64,000 bases of DNA from positions 1,576 through 65,575 of the forward strand of contig JBKQHM010000804.1 in NCBI GenBank assembly GCA_052148775.1. Direction: 5' to 3'. Under the pieces are notes generated by a model. That model made no database searches, was not told the origin of the DNA, and worked only from the letters and a program-made list of their open reading frames with translations. Source of the DNA: Isosphaeraceae bacterium. GTDB taxonomy: Bacteria > Planctomycetota > Planctomycetia > Isosphaerales > Isosphaeraceae. Within the stretch, counting starts at the first letter, position 1; each line of letters opens with the position of its first letter. Below, one piece after another: positions 35,901 through 44,017 of this stretch. Both the position numbers and the translations under genes were made by a program.

Positions 35901-38900
35901 CGACGATCGACGACGGCTACGGTCACACGATCGAAGGCGGCTACCTGCTCACGATCACCGGCCAGGGGTTCGACGGCGCGAGCTTCCGATTCAACGACCT
36001 GGAGATCATCCCCGAGAAGAAGGAATACCGGCCCGGCGAGACGCTCCGACTCCTGATCAACACCAATCAGGTGAACGCCACGGTCCTGCTATTTATCCGG
36101 CCGACGAACAGCGTCTACCTGCCGCCGAAGGTCATCCACCTGCGCGGCAAGAGCACCGTCGAGGAGATCGGCATCGCCCTGGCCGATATGCCCAACATCT
36201 TCGTCGAGGCGCTGACGGTCGCCGACGGCAAGGTCCACGACGAGACCCGCGAGATCGCCATCCCGCCCGAGTCGCGCGTCGTCGACGTCGCGGTCGAGCC
36301 CTCGCAGATGACCTACAAGCCCGGCCAGAAAGCTCGTGTCAAAGTCAGGCTCACCGGCCCCGACAAGAAGCCGATCGTGGGCTCGACAGTGCTGACCGTC
36401 TACGACAAGGCCGTTGAGTACATCTCGGGCGGTTCGAATGTCCCGGATATCAAAGAGTTCTTCTGGAAATGGAAGCGGTACCACCATCCTCAGACCGAAT
36501 CGAGCCTCGACCGCTGGTCGAACAACCTGATCAGGCCCGGCGAGACGCCCATGCAGAACCTGGGGGCGTTTGGAGAAATTCTTCTCACAGACGGTGCCGA
36601 TGTGACGCGTCTCGGTGCGCCGATGATGGGGATGATGGGGGGCATGGGCCGCGGTGGGATGGCCGGCATGGGGGGCGGTTATGCCTACGACAAACCCCTG
36701 GCCGCCGCGCCGACAGCGATGGGCCCGGCCATGGCCAAGGCGGCGGCGCCGGCTGGGGGAGGGAATGCGGTGGGCCTCGCCGCGATTCTCGTGCCCACGC
36801 CGGGACAACCTCCGGTCCAGCCCGCGGTCCGCACTAACTTCGCCGACACCGCCTTCTGGGCCGCCGCCCTCACCACCGCCGCGGATGGCACCGCCGAAGT
36901 TGAATTCCCCCTGCCCGAGAGCCTGACGACCTGGAAGGTCAAGACCTGGACGATGGGCCCCGGCACGACGGTCGGCCAGGGCGATTCGGAGATTGTCACG
37001 ACCAAGGACCTGCTCGTCCGGCTCCAGGCGCCCCGGTTCTTCGTCGAGAAGGACGAGGTCGTGCTGTCGGCCAACGTCCACAACAAGCTCAAGACGAACA
37101 AGGCCGTCCAGGTTGTGCTCGAGTTCGACGGCAGCGTGCTCCAGCCGATGAGCGAGACCGCGATGGCCCAGACCGTCGCGATCGCGGCGGGGTCGGAGCA
37201 CCGGGTCGACTGGCGGGTGAAGGTCGCGCATGAAGGCCAGGCCGTCATCCGGATGAAGGCGTTGACCGACGAGGAATCCGACGCGGCCCAGATGACCTTC
37301 CCGGCCTATGTCCACGGCATGCTCAAGACGGAGGCCTTCGCCGGCGCCATCCGGCCCGATCAGGAGAAGGCGCAGGTCGTCCTCCGCGTCCCGGCCGACC
37401 GCAAGCCCGATCAGTCGCGGCTCGAAGTGCGCTACTCACCGACCCTGGCTGGCGCGTTGGTCGACGCCCTACCCTACCTCGCCGACTATCCCTACGGCTG
37501 CACCGAGCAGACCCTGAACCGGTTCCTGCCGACGGTCATCACCCAGAAGGTCCTGATCAACCTCGGGGTCGACCTGAAGGCGATCAAGGCCAGGCACACC
37601 AACCTCAATGCCCAGGAGATCGGCGACGCCCGCGAGCGTGGCAAGAAATGGAAGGGTTACGAGCACAACCCGGTCTTCGACCTGGCCGACGTCACCAAGA
37701 TGGCCGGCGCCGGGATTCAACGCCTGGCCGACATGCAGCTCTCCGACGGGGGCTGGGGCTGGTTCTCCGGATACGGCGAGTTCTCGTCGCCGCACACGAC
37801 GGCCCTGGTCGTCCACGGCCTGCAAGTCGCCCGACAGAACGACCTGAAACTGCCCGACGGGATGCTCGATCGGGGCGTCGCCTGGCTCAACGATTACCAG
37901 GCCAGGCAGGCCGCACTGCTCGAGAACGGGATCAGCCAGGTCAAGCCCTACAAGAAAACGGCGGATGACCTGGACGCATTGGTCTTCATGGTCCTGTCCG
38001 ACGCCGGGGTCCGCAACGACCAGATGCTCGGCTTCCTGGATCGCGATCGCACGCACCTCTCAGTCTACGCGAAAGCGATGTTCGGCCTGGGCCTGGAGCG
38101 GATCGGCGACAAGGACAAGCTGGCACTCGTGCTCCAGAACATCGGCCAGTATGTCGTCCGGGACGACGAGAACCAGACGGCCTACCTGAAGCTCCCCAAC
38201 GAAGGCTACTGGTGGTGGTGGTACGGGAGCGAGATCGAGACCGACGCGTTCTACCTCAAGCTGCTGGCCCGGACCGATCCCAAGGGCGACCTGGCGCCCC
38301 GGCTGGTCAAGTACGTGCTCAATAACCGCAAGCACGGCACGTACTGGAACTCGACCCGCGACACGGCCTTCTGCATCGAGGCCCTCGCCGACTATCTCAA
38401 GGCCAGCGGCGAGGACCGGCCCGACATGTCGATCACAATCGCCCTCGACGGGAAGGAGCGCAAGGAGGTGAAGATCACCCCGAGCGATCTCTTCACGTTC
38501 GACAATGCCTTCGCCCTCGAAGGAGCCGCGCTCGAGACCGGCGAGCATACGGTCTCGTTCGTCAAGCGGGGGACCGGCCCGCTCTACTTCAACGCCTACC
38601 TCACCAACTTCACGCTCGAAGACCCGATCGCCCACGCGGGGCTGGAGGTCAAAGTCGATCGCAAGATCTATCGGCTGGTCAAGGACGACAAGTCTGTGGA
38701 GGTAGCCGGCGGCCATGGCCAGTCCGTCAGCCAGCGGGTCGAGCGCTATCGTCGCGAATTGCTAGCCGAGGGTGCGACGCTCAAGAGCGGCGACCTGGTC
38801 GAGGTCGAGCTGGAGATCGACAGCAAGAACGATTACGAGTACCTGGTCTTCGAGGACTACAAGGCAGCCGGCTTCGAGCCGGCGGAGGTCCGGAGCGGGT

Positions 38901-39115
38901 ATAATGGCAACGACCTGGGTGCCTACGTCGAGTTCCGCGACGAGCGCGTGGCCTTCTTCGCGCGGACGCTGGCCCGGGGCAAGCACAGCGTGTCATACCG
39001 GCTCCGCGCCGAGATCCCCGGCCGGTTCCACGCCCTGCCCGCCCGGGCCCAGGCGATGTATGCACCCGAGCTGCGCGCCAATTCGGACGAGATCCAGCTC
39101 CGCATCGAGGATTGA
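32942..39115 (+). CDS. alpha-2-macroglobulin family protein with intact thioester, probable lipoprotein, 2057 aa
   Basis: N-terminus MEVLRLVVIGLVSC with a lipobox-like LVSC. Multiple MG-type beta domains. Thioester motif GCTEQ (CTEQ = 37499-37510, Cys1520) within LADYPYGCTEQTLNRFLP. Downstream alpha/alpha-toroid-like region (LQLSDGGWGWF) and receptor-binding-like C-terminus. Confidence 0.9.
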   Translation: MEVLRLVVIGLVSCTLLAVGVALGYQAEEPGGRERFDKLFAQGNFKDAYEGYRGLALDPKADPHRVGADLGRAVECLNKLGRFDEVDAFREAVVAVHPGNWRLLQAAAESYLGDAQHFGFIVAGKFHRGWHRGGGRYVGSYERDRSRALQLLVGGLGPAQADPDRAAVGRFWLKLAEALLGDRAQNKAWRLQNLTPLDVLADHEEGGYGYFGGLESGAPVEPDGTPVYYRIPEGFDQARNDGQRWRWALARAVAADSGLLNTVRLALSGFCLSQFGTQTLIGAAYHGRPASDLPESSGPYALDTLKDEETIARLATGIKRFTLPDEFNPIKIDLAIADEPLRGHGEEALTALTNIFENRRQFDRAADYLKRNRATYGDEGGWKAKHLDQILGAWGGFEGLRPQAHGRGAAVDFRFRNGSGVHFEAHEIFFDKLLKDVKDYISSGPRQIDWQKANINDIGSRLVDQNEQQYVGRLVAQWDLGLEPLPGHLDRRMTVTTPLQNAGAYLVTARMEKGNTSRIVIWVDDTVLVKKTLADKAYYFVADTRTGQPVPRADVALFGWRQVQVNGKNEFRVETKSMALKADDEGQLQVPLADLSAPRDYFQWLVTAATTEGRRAHLGFTNIWFIGQQAPAYDQVKVYTITDRPVYRPGSPVRFKFWVARARYDQARRQSDIAEFLGSNLTMVEIHNPKGETVFTGRFKPDAFGGFDGSFELPSDAMLGVYQVFIPERGGGSFRVEEYKKPEFEVTVEAPKTPVMLGEKISATINAKYYFGGPVAEAKVKYKILRSTADARWYPAARWDWLFGSGYWWFASDSPWYPGWSRWGMLRPVFWWWAGPQAPPEVVAAAELPVRPDGTLPIEIDTAIARTAHPDQDQRYEITAEITDQSRRTIVGTGTVLVARKPFSVYTWVDRGHYRAGDTIEAEVRAQTLAHKPVAGKGTLRLLKIAYDADRKPVETPVESWDLTLDADGQAHQSIKASAPGQYRLASTIDDGYGHTIEGGYLLTITGQGFDGASFRFNDLEIIPEKKEYRPGETLRLLINTNQVNATVLLFIRPTNSVYLPPKVIHLRGKSTVEEIGIALADMPNIFVEALTVADGKVHDETREIAIPPESRVVDVAVEPSQMTYKPGQKARVKVRLTGPDKKPIVGSTVLTVYDKAVEYISGGSNVPDIKEFFWKWKRYHHPQTESSLDRWSNNLIRPGETPMQNLGAFGEILLTDGADVTRLGAPMMGMMGGMGRGGMAGMGGGYAYDKPLAAAPTAMGPAMAKAAAPAGGGNAVGLAAILVPTPGQPPVQPAVRTNFADTAFWAAALTTAADGTAEVEFPLPESLTTWKVKTWTMGPGTTVGQGDSEIVTTKDLLVRLQAPRFFVEKDEVVLSANVHNKLKTNKAVQVVLEFDGSVLQPMSETAMAQTVAIAAGSEHRVDWRVKVAHEGQAVIRMKALTDEESDAAQMTFPAYVHGMLKTEAFAGAIRPDQEKAQVVLRVPADRKPDQSRLEVRYSPTLAGALVDALPYLADYPYGCTEQTLNRFLPTVITQKVLINLGVDLKAIKARHTNLNAQEIGDARERGKKWKGYEHNPVFDLADVTKMAGAGIQRLADMQLSDGGWGWFSGYGEFSSPHTTALVVHGLQVARQNDLKLPDGMLDRGVAWLNDYQARQAALLENGISQVKPYKKTADDLDALVFMVLSDAGVRNDQMLGFLDRDRTHLSVYAKAMFGLGLERIGDKDKLALVLQNIGQYVVRDDENQTAYLKLPNEGYWWWWYGSEIETDAFYLKLLARTDPKGDLAPRLVKYVLNNRKHGTYWNSTRDTAFCIEALADYLKASGEDRPDMSITIALDGKERKEVKITPSDLFTFDNAFALEGAALETGEHTVSFVKRGTGPLYFNAYLTNFTLEDPIAHAGLEVKVDRKIYRLVKDDKSVEVAGGHGQSVSQRVERYRRELLAEGATLKSGDLVEVELEIDSKNDYEYLVFEDYKAAGFEPAEVRSGYNGNDLGAYVEFRDERVAFFARTLARGKHSVSYRLRAEIPGRFHALPARAQAMYAPELRANSDEIQLRIED

Positions 39116-39125
39116 GTTGGAGTAG

Positions 39126-39178
39126 AACGGAATATATTCCGTTTCCCGCGACTGAGACCAAACGGAATGAATTCCATT
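39126..39178. promoter_or_regulatory. two 18-bp palindromic operator-like sites AACGGAAT-N2-ATTCC(G/A)TT
   Basis: P1 at 39126-39143 is AACGGAATATATTCCGTT (perfect palindrome). P2 at 39161-39178 is AACGGAATGAATTCCATT (one half-site mismatch). They are 35 bp centre to centre, in an AT-rich 80-nt gap, and P2 ends 20 nt before ATG 39199. Confidence 0.55.
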
Positions 39179-39198
39179 CTACGACTTATAAGACTCCC

Positions 39199-40104
39199 AT
39201 GCCGCTCGACGGATTCGACAGCCTGTACCGAGATGCCGATGCCCGGACCGAGCCGGTGCCGGTGGCCGCGGCCGGCGGCGATGATCCCACGGTCCTGGAA
39301 GCGCTCCGCGTCGCCGCCGATCGCGGCTGGGTCGAACCGATCCTGGTCGGGCCCGAGCCGAGCATTCGTGCGATCGCCGATTCGCTGAGAATGTCCCTCG
39401 GCGGCTTCACGATCCGACACGCCGAAGGACAGGAGCTCGCCGCGGCGGCGGTCGCCGAGGTGAGGTCCGGCAATGCTCGGGCGTTGATGAAGGGCCAGAT
39501 CGCCACGCCGGCCCTGATGGACGCCGTGCTCGACCCCACGTGCGGATTGCGGTCCGGCCGCGTGATCTGTCAGGTCGTCCTGATGGAGCTCCCGCGCGAC
39601 GATCGCCGGTTCATCCTGGCCGACACGGGAATCACCGTCACGCCCAATGATCGCAAGCGAATCGAGATCCTGCGAGAAGCCGTTGCGGTCGCGCACGCCC
39701 TTGGCGCGGAGAAACCCAAGGTCGCGCTCATGGCGGCCACCGAGACCGTCAAGCTTTCGATGCCCGAGACCGTCGAGGCCGATGAGCTGGCCCGGCGCAA
39801 CCGGGAGGGCGAATTCGCCGACTGCTCGATCGAAGGCCCCCTCTCGTTCGACCTGGCCTATGCGACCGAGGCCGGGGCGAAGAAACGAATCGAGGGCTCG
39901 GTGGTCGGGGCCGCCGACGTCATGATCTTCCCCAACCTCCTCTCGGCCAACCTCACCGTCAAGGCGATCATGTACACCGCCAACTGCCGGTTTGGCGGGA
40001 TCTTGAGAGGGACGACCGCGCCGGTCGTCTTCATGTCGCGCGCCGACACGACCGAGACCCGGCTCAACTCGCTTGCATTGACCCTGCGTATGCTCGACCA
40101 TTGA
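39199..40104 (+). CDS. phosphate acetyl/butyryltransferase family protein, 301 aa
   Basis: ATG at 39199 (MPLDGFDSLY...). VAAAGGDDPTVLEALRVAADRGWVEPILVG..., ARALMKGQIATPALM, ILADTGITV, ADVMIFPNLLSANLTVK: the PTA/PTB family pattern. Confidence 0.8.
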   Translation: MPLDGFDSLYRDADARTEPVPVAAAGGDDPTVLEALRVAADRGWVEPILVGPEPSIRAIADSLRMSLGGFTIRHAEGQELAAAAVAEVRSGNARALMKGQIATPALMDAVLDPTCGLRSGRVICQVVLMELPRDDRRFILADTGITVTPNDRKRIEILREAVAVAHALGAEKPKVALMAATETVKLSMPETVEADELARRNREGEFADCSIEGPLSFDLAYATEAGAKKRIEGSVVGAADVMIFPNLLSANLTVKAIMYTANCRFGGILRGTTAPVVFMSRADTTETRLNSLALTLRMLDH

Positions 40105-40172
40105 CGCAAGACCCTGACAGCCGATCCGGTCCCGAAACGGCCGATCGCGGCTCGCGGGGCATCAAAGCTCGA

Positions 40173-40250
40173 CCGCGGAAAACGCGGACGAACGCGGAGA
40201 AGAGAATCCGGATGAATTTCCCCTTCCGTGTCCGTCCGCGTTTTCCGTGG
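40173..40250. other. long imperfect inverted repeat / hairpin in the intergenic region
   Basis: CCGCGGAAAACGCGGACG (40173-40190) versus CGTCCGCGTTTTCCGTGG (40233-40250): 17 of 18 positions complementary, with further partial pairing inward (GCGGAGAAG / CCCTTCCGTG). Confidence 0.6.
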
Positions 40251-40288
40251 TTAACTCTTCTTATGAGCATTCTTGCCGGAGTCATACG

Positions 40289-42469
40289 ATGCGCGCGAAC
40301 TTACTCCTATGCATTGTGTTGGTATTGGCGTCGATCCTCGCCCCGCCGGCCGTCGCCGACGATGGCCCGCTGAAGCCGTCGGACTTCCAGGTGCTGAAAC
40401 CCGGCGAGAACAAGAAGACCGATCCGCCCCCCGCGCGGGGCTGGCTCTACCGAAGCCTGGTGAGCCAGGCACAACGGCAATTCGACGCACGACGTCAGGC
40501 GATCGCCGCCATCAAGACGCCCGAGGACATCGCCCGCCGACAGAAGGAGCTGCGCGCGTTTTTCCTCCGCTCGCTCGGCGACCTGCCCGAGCGTACGCCG
40601 ATGAACCCTCATGTCGTCGGCACGCTCCGGCGCGACGGCTATCGGATCGAGAAAGTCATCTTCGAGAGCCGCCCCAACCACCACGTCACGGCCAACCTCT
40701 ACATCCCCGAAGGCAAGTCTCCGTTCCCGGGCATCCTCTTGCCGTGCGGCCACAGCGACAACGGCAAGGCGTACGAGGGCTATCAGCGGGCCTGTATCCT
40801 GCTGGCGAAGAACGGGATGGCCGTCCTGTGCTATGACCCGATCGGTCAGGGCGAGCGGAACCAGCGGCTCGATGCGCAGGGCAAGCCCGCGATCCGAGGA
40901 ACGACCGAGCACACCATGGCCGGCCTCGGCGCCCTCCTGGTCGGCCGCCAGTTGGCGAGCTATCGGATCTGGGACGGCCTGCGCGCACTGGACTACCTGG
41001 CGAGCCGGCCCGAGATCGATCCCACCCGCCTGGGCTGCACCGGCAACTCGGGCGGCGGCACCATGACCGCCTACCTCATGGCGCTCGACGACCGGATCGC
41101 GGTCGCGGCGCCTTCGTGCTTCATCACCTCGCTAGAGCGGCTCTTCGCCACGATCGGACCGCAGGACGCCGAGCAGAACATCAACGGCCAGGTCGCCGCC
41201 GGTCTGGAGCACGCCGATTACGTGACCCTGCACGCGCCGAAGCCGACCCTCCTGACGGTCGGCACCCGGGACTTCTTCGACATCGATGGGAGCTGGAACA
41301 CCTTCCGCGAGGCCAAGCTGATCTTCGGCCGGCTCGGTTACGGCGAGCGCGTGGACCTGTTCGAGTCGGACGAGGAGCATGGCTTCACGCGGCCTCGTCG
41401 CATCGCAACCGCGCGCTGGATGATGCGATGGCTCCTCAAGAAGGACGAAGCCGTCGACGAGCCCGACTCCCCGATCGCCGCAGACGCCGAGCTCCAATGC
41501 ACCCGGTCGGGCCAGGTCATCACCGACTTCAAGGACCGGTCGGTGTTCGATTTCAACGCCGATCGCGCCCGCGCGCTGCAAATCGCACGCGACGCCCGGA
41601 ATGCCGGTCTGTCCGACGAGGACTTCCGCAAGGAGGTCGAGCGACGACTGGGGCTGGTCGGCCGCTCGATGAGCCCGGTCCGAGCGAAGGTCGTGGAGAC
41701 GATCTCACGCCAGGGCTACAAGATTCGCAAACTCACGTTCCCTGTCGCGGACGTCGATTCGAGCATGATGGTCACGGCCCTCGACATCAGCAAGGACCGA
41801 TCCGACAAGTCCAATCAACCGACCCTCGTAGAGATCGGCTTGAGCGGGAAAGCCGACCTGACCGCTCCCGGGGCGATCGACGCGCTGATGGGTCCCGCCG
41901 GGCGAGTTGTGCTGCTCGATCCTCGGGGCATGGGCGAGACGGATCCCGGCCCCAACCCGGTTCGCAGCCAATCGCCGTTCGGCAACGACGTCAAGGAAGC
42001 CTTCCTGTCGTTCCACCTCGACCGGCCGCTGCTCGGCCAGCGCGCGGCCGATATCTTGAGAGTCCTGGCGGGGTTGGATGGCGAGTCGGGCGATGGGCAG
42101 GATGAACACAACGGCTTCCGGGTGGTCGGCATCGGCACCGCCGGCCCGATCGTCCTCCACGCGGCCCTGCTCGACCGCGTCGGCTTGATCAAGGAGGTCG
42201 TCCTCGAGAGGTCGCTCGGCTCGTGGACCGATATCGTCGAGAGAGGGATCAGCCGGGGCCAGATCGGCAACGTCGTTCCCGGCGCCCTCGAAGCCTATGA
42301 CCTGCCCGACCTGGCCGCCCGACTGGCCCCGCGCCCGCTCCGGATTTCCGAACCCGTCGACGCCATCGGGCATCCGATCCCAAAGGCGGACCTCGAGCGA
42401 GCCTACGCGGCGTGCATCAAGGCCTATGCGCCCTCGAAGCGGCTGGAGCTGGGAGCTGTCAAGGAATAA
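40289..42469 (+). CDS. secreted alpha/beta hydrolase (acetylxylan-esterase/peptidase-S9-like fold) with extra C-terminal domain, 726 aa
   Basis: ATG at 40289 (MRANLLLCIVLVLASILAPPAVA, signal peptide). NLYIPEGKSPFPGILLPCGHS.... Nucleophile elbow GCTGNSGGG. Substrate unknown. Confidence 0.75.
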   Translation: MRANLLLCIVLVLASILAPPAVADDGPLKPSDFQVLKPGENKKTDPPPARGWLYRSLVSQAQRQFDARRQAIAAIKTPEDIARRQKELRAFFLRSLGDLPERTPMNPHVVGTLRRDGYRIEKVIFESRPNHHVTANLYIPEGKSPFPGILLPCGHSDNGKAYEGYQRACILLAKNGMAVLCYDPIGQGERNQRLDAQGKPAIRGTTEHTMAGLGALLVGRQLASYRIWDGLRALDYLASRPEIDPTRLGCTGNSGGGTMTAYLMALDDRIAVAAPSCFITSLERLFATIGPQDAEQNINGQVAAGLEHADYVTLHAPKPTLLTVGTRDFFDIDGSWNTFREAKLIFGRLGYGERVDLFESDEEHGFTRPRRIATARWMMRWLLKKDEAVDEPDSPIAADAELQCTRSGQVITDFKDRSVFDFNADRARALQIARDARNAGLSDEDFRKEVERRLGLVGRSMSPVRAKVVETISRQGYKIRKLTFPVADVDSSMMVTALDISKDRSDKSNQPTLVEIGLSGKADLTAPGAIDALMGPAGRVVLLDPRGMGETDPGPNPVRSQSPFGNDVKEAFLSFHLDRPLLGQRAADILRVLAGLDGESGDGQDEHNGFRVVGIGTAGPIVLHAALLDRVGLIKEVVLERSLGSWTDIVERGISRGQIGNVVPGALEAYDLPDLAARLAPRPLRISEPVDAIGHPIPKADLERAYAACIKAYAPSKRLELGAVKE

Positions 42470-42529
42470 AGCGACATCAGGACATAGAGTCGGTCCCGGA
42501 AGGCTCGGCGGCGGTCTCGTCGGGTGCTG

Positions 42530-42573
42530 TGTGAGCACCGAATTGGACAAAGTAACCCGGATCGGTGCTCACA
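42530..42573. other. 12-bp perfect inverted repeat (hairpin) in the intergenic region
   Basis: TGTGAGCACCGA (42530-42541) and TCGGTGCTCACA (42562-42573) with a 20-nt loop, between the hydrolase stop (42469) and the next ATG (42724). Confidence 0.5.
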
Positions 42574-42723
42574 GAGCATTCTACAAAGACCTTCCGAGAC
42601 AGACTCCCAGCTCAACCGGCCGGTTGAGCCGCGGGAACAGAGCCAGGCCGGCTCCATCGGCGTGAAGGGCCGCTGGATCGTCCCCGGGATCCGTGACGCC
42701 CTTCAGAATCGGACATAATCATC

Positions 42724-43941
42724 ATGGCAAGCTCATCAATGGGAGATGTCGCACGGAAGCCGGGGCACTTCCTCGACGAGTTGCGTGCGACATTCGCCGA
42801 TCGCGCGAATCGGCCCGCGATCGTCTACCAGTCCCGATCATGGACCTACGGCGAGTTGGACGAGAAGGCTCGCCGCTGCGCCGCGAGATTGCGCCAACTG
42901 GGGGTCGGGCGCGGAGACCGGGTCGCGATCGCTACGGCGGAGAAACTGCCGTTCCTGGCGGCCCACTTGGGTGCGCTTCATGCAGCGGCCGTCTCGCTCC
43001 CCTTGAGCCCGAGTCTCGCGGGCGACGAGTTGCGTTTTTTCCTGCGGGAAAGCGGCGCACGAGTGGTGGTGGCTGGCAGCGACGTGCATTCGATCGTCCA
43101 CGCTTTGCGGGCCGATCTGCCCGGACTTCGCTCCCTGATGCTCGACTCCGAAGCGTGGGAGGCCCCGGGTGCAACCTTCTCGGATCCGGCGATCGACCGC
43201 AATGCCGCGTGCGTGATCTTCTACAGCTCGAGCTCGACCGGACAACCCCGAGGGGTCGTACACACGCACGCCAGTCTGGCCTCCGGCCTGCGGACCCTCC
43301 GGGCGGCCTGGCAATTCAACCCCGACGACACGATGGTGAACGTCCTGCCGCTGTTCCAGATCCACGGACTTTCGCTCGGCGCACATCTCAGTTTGTTAAC
43401 GGGCTCTTGCATGCAGATTGAAGAATTATTCCATCCCCGCCGTACCCTGGAGATCGTCGGGCGTGGGACGGTCTTCATGGGCCTGCCGACGTTCTATTAC
43501 ACCTTCCTCGACGAGCCCGAGTTCCGGGAAATCGCGCGGGGCTGGTCGCACGTCCGATTGTTCGCCTGCGTCTCTTCGGCGATCCGTACCGAGGTGCTTC
43601 CGGGGCTGGAATCGATCCTGCGCCGGCCGGTCATCGTCCCGTACGCGATGACCGAGGCGCACGTCGTCGCCAGCCCGACGCCCGACGGTTCCGGGCCCCG
43701 AGGGTCCGTCGGCAAGCCGCTCGACGGCGTCGAGGTCCGAGTGATCGACGACGACGGCAGACCCGCCCGGACGGGCGCAGTCGGCTCGGTCCAGGTTCGC
43801 GGACCGAACCTGTTCCGCGACTACTGGCGCGACCCGGATGCGACCCGGGTGGCATTTGCCTCCGGCTGGTTCGACACGAGCGACCGGGGCTCGTTCGACG
43901 AGGACGGATTCCTGACCCTGGCCGGGCTCCACCTTGGCTAG
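42724..43941 (+). CDS. AMP-dependent synthetase/ligase (acyl-CoA synthetase-like), apparently truncated at the C-terminus, 405 aa
   Basis: ANL motifs are present: YSSSSTGQPRGVVHTH (A3), YAMTEA (A5), VQVRGPNLFRDYW, GWFDTSDRG (A7). The ORF stops at ...DEDGFLTLAGLHLG*, where the A8 hinge (GRxKD) should begin. The ~110-120-aa C-terminal subdomain with the A10 Lys is absent. Confidence 0.7.
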   Translation: MASSSMGDVARKPGHFLDELRATFADRANRPAIVYQSRSWTYGELDEKARRCAARLRQLGVGRGDRVAIATAEKLPFLAAHLGALHAAAVSLPLSPSLAGDELRFFLRESGARVVVAGSDVHSIVHALRADLPGLRSLMLDSEAWEAPGATFSDPAIDRNAACVIFYSSSSTGQPRGVVHTHASLASGLRTLRAAWQFNPDDTMVNVLPLFQIHGLSLGAHLSLLTGSCMQIEELFHPRRTLEIVGRGTVFMGLPTFYYTFLDEPEFREIARGWSHVRLFACVSSAIRTEVLPGLESILRRPVIVPYAMTEAHVVASPTPDGSGPRGSVGKPLDGVEVRVIDDDGRPARTGAVGSVQVRGPNLFRDYWRDPDATRVAFASGWFDTSDRGSFDEDGFLTLAGLHLG

Positions 43942-43951
43942 CTGATGGCTC

Positions 43952-44005
43952 GTGGCTGGTGGCGAGACGAGAGAAAAGCAGCGGTATTCTCCTGCCACTA
44001 GCCAC
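43952..44005. terminator. hairpin between convergent genes
   Basis: GTGGCTGGTGGC (43952-43963) pairs with GCCACTAGCCAC (43994-44005): 12 bp including one G-U pair, with inner GAGAA/TTCTC pairing. It lies 10 nt after the synthetase stop and 12 nt before the DUF1111 stop. Confidence 0.5.
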
Positions 44006-44017
44006 TCCGCTACGTTC

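Noticed and set aside
32990-38716. Chain of minus-strand ORFs (409, 553, 408, 195 and 218 aa) inside the A2M gene
   Set aside because: Antisense shadows. The sense frame is continuous for 2057 aa and contains the CTEQ thioester motif.
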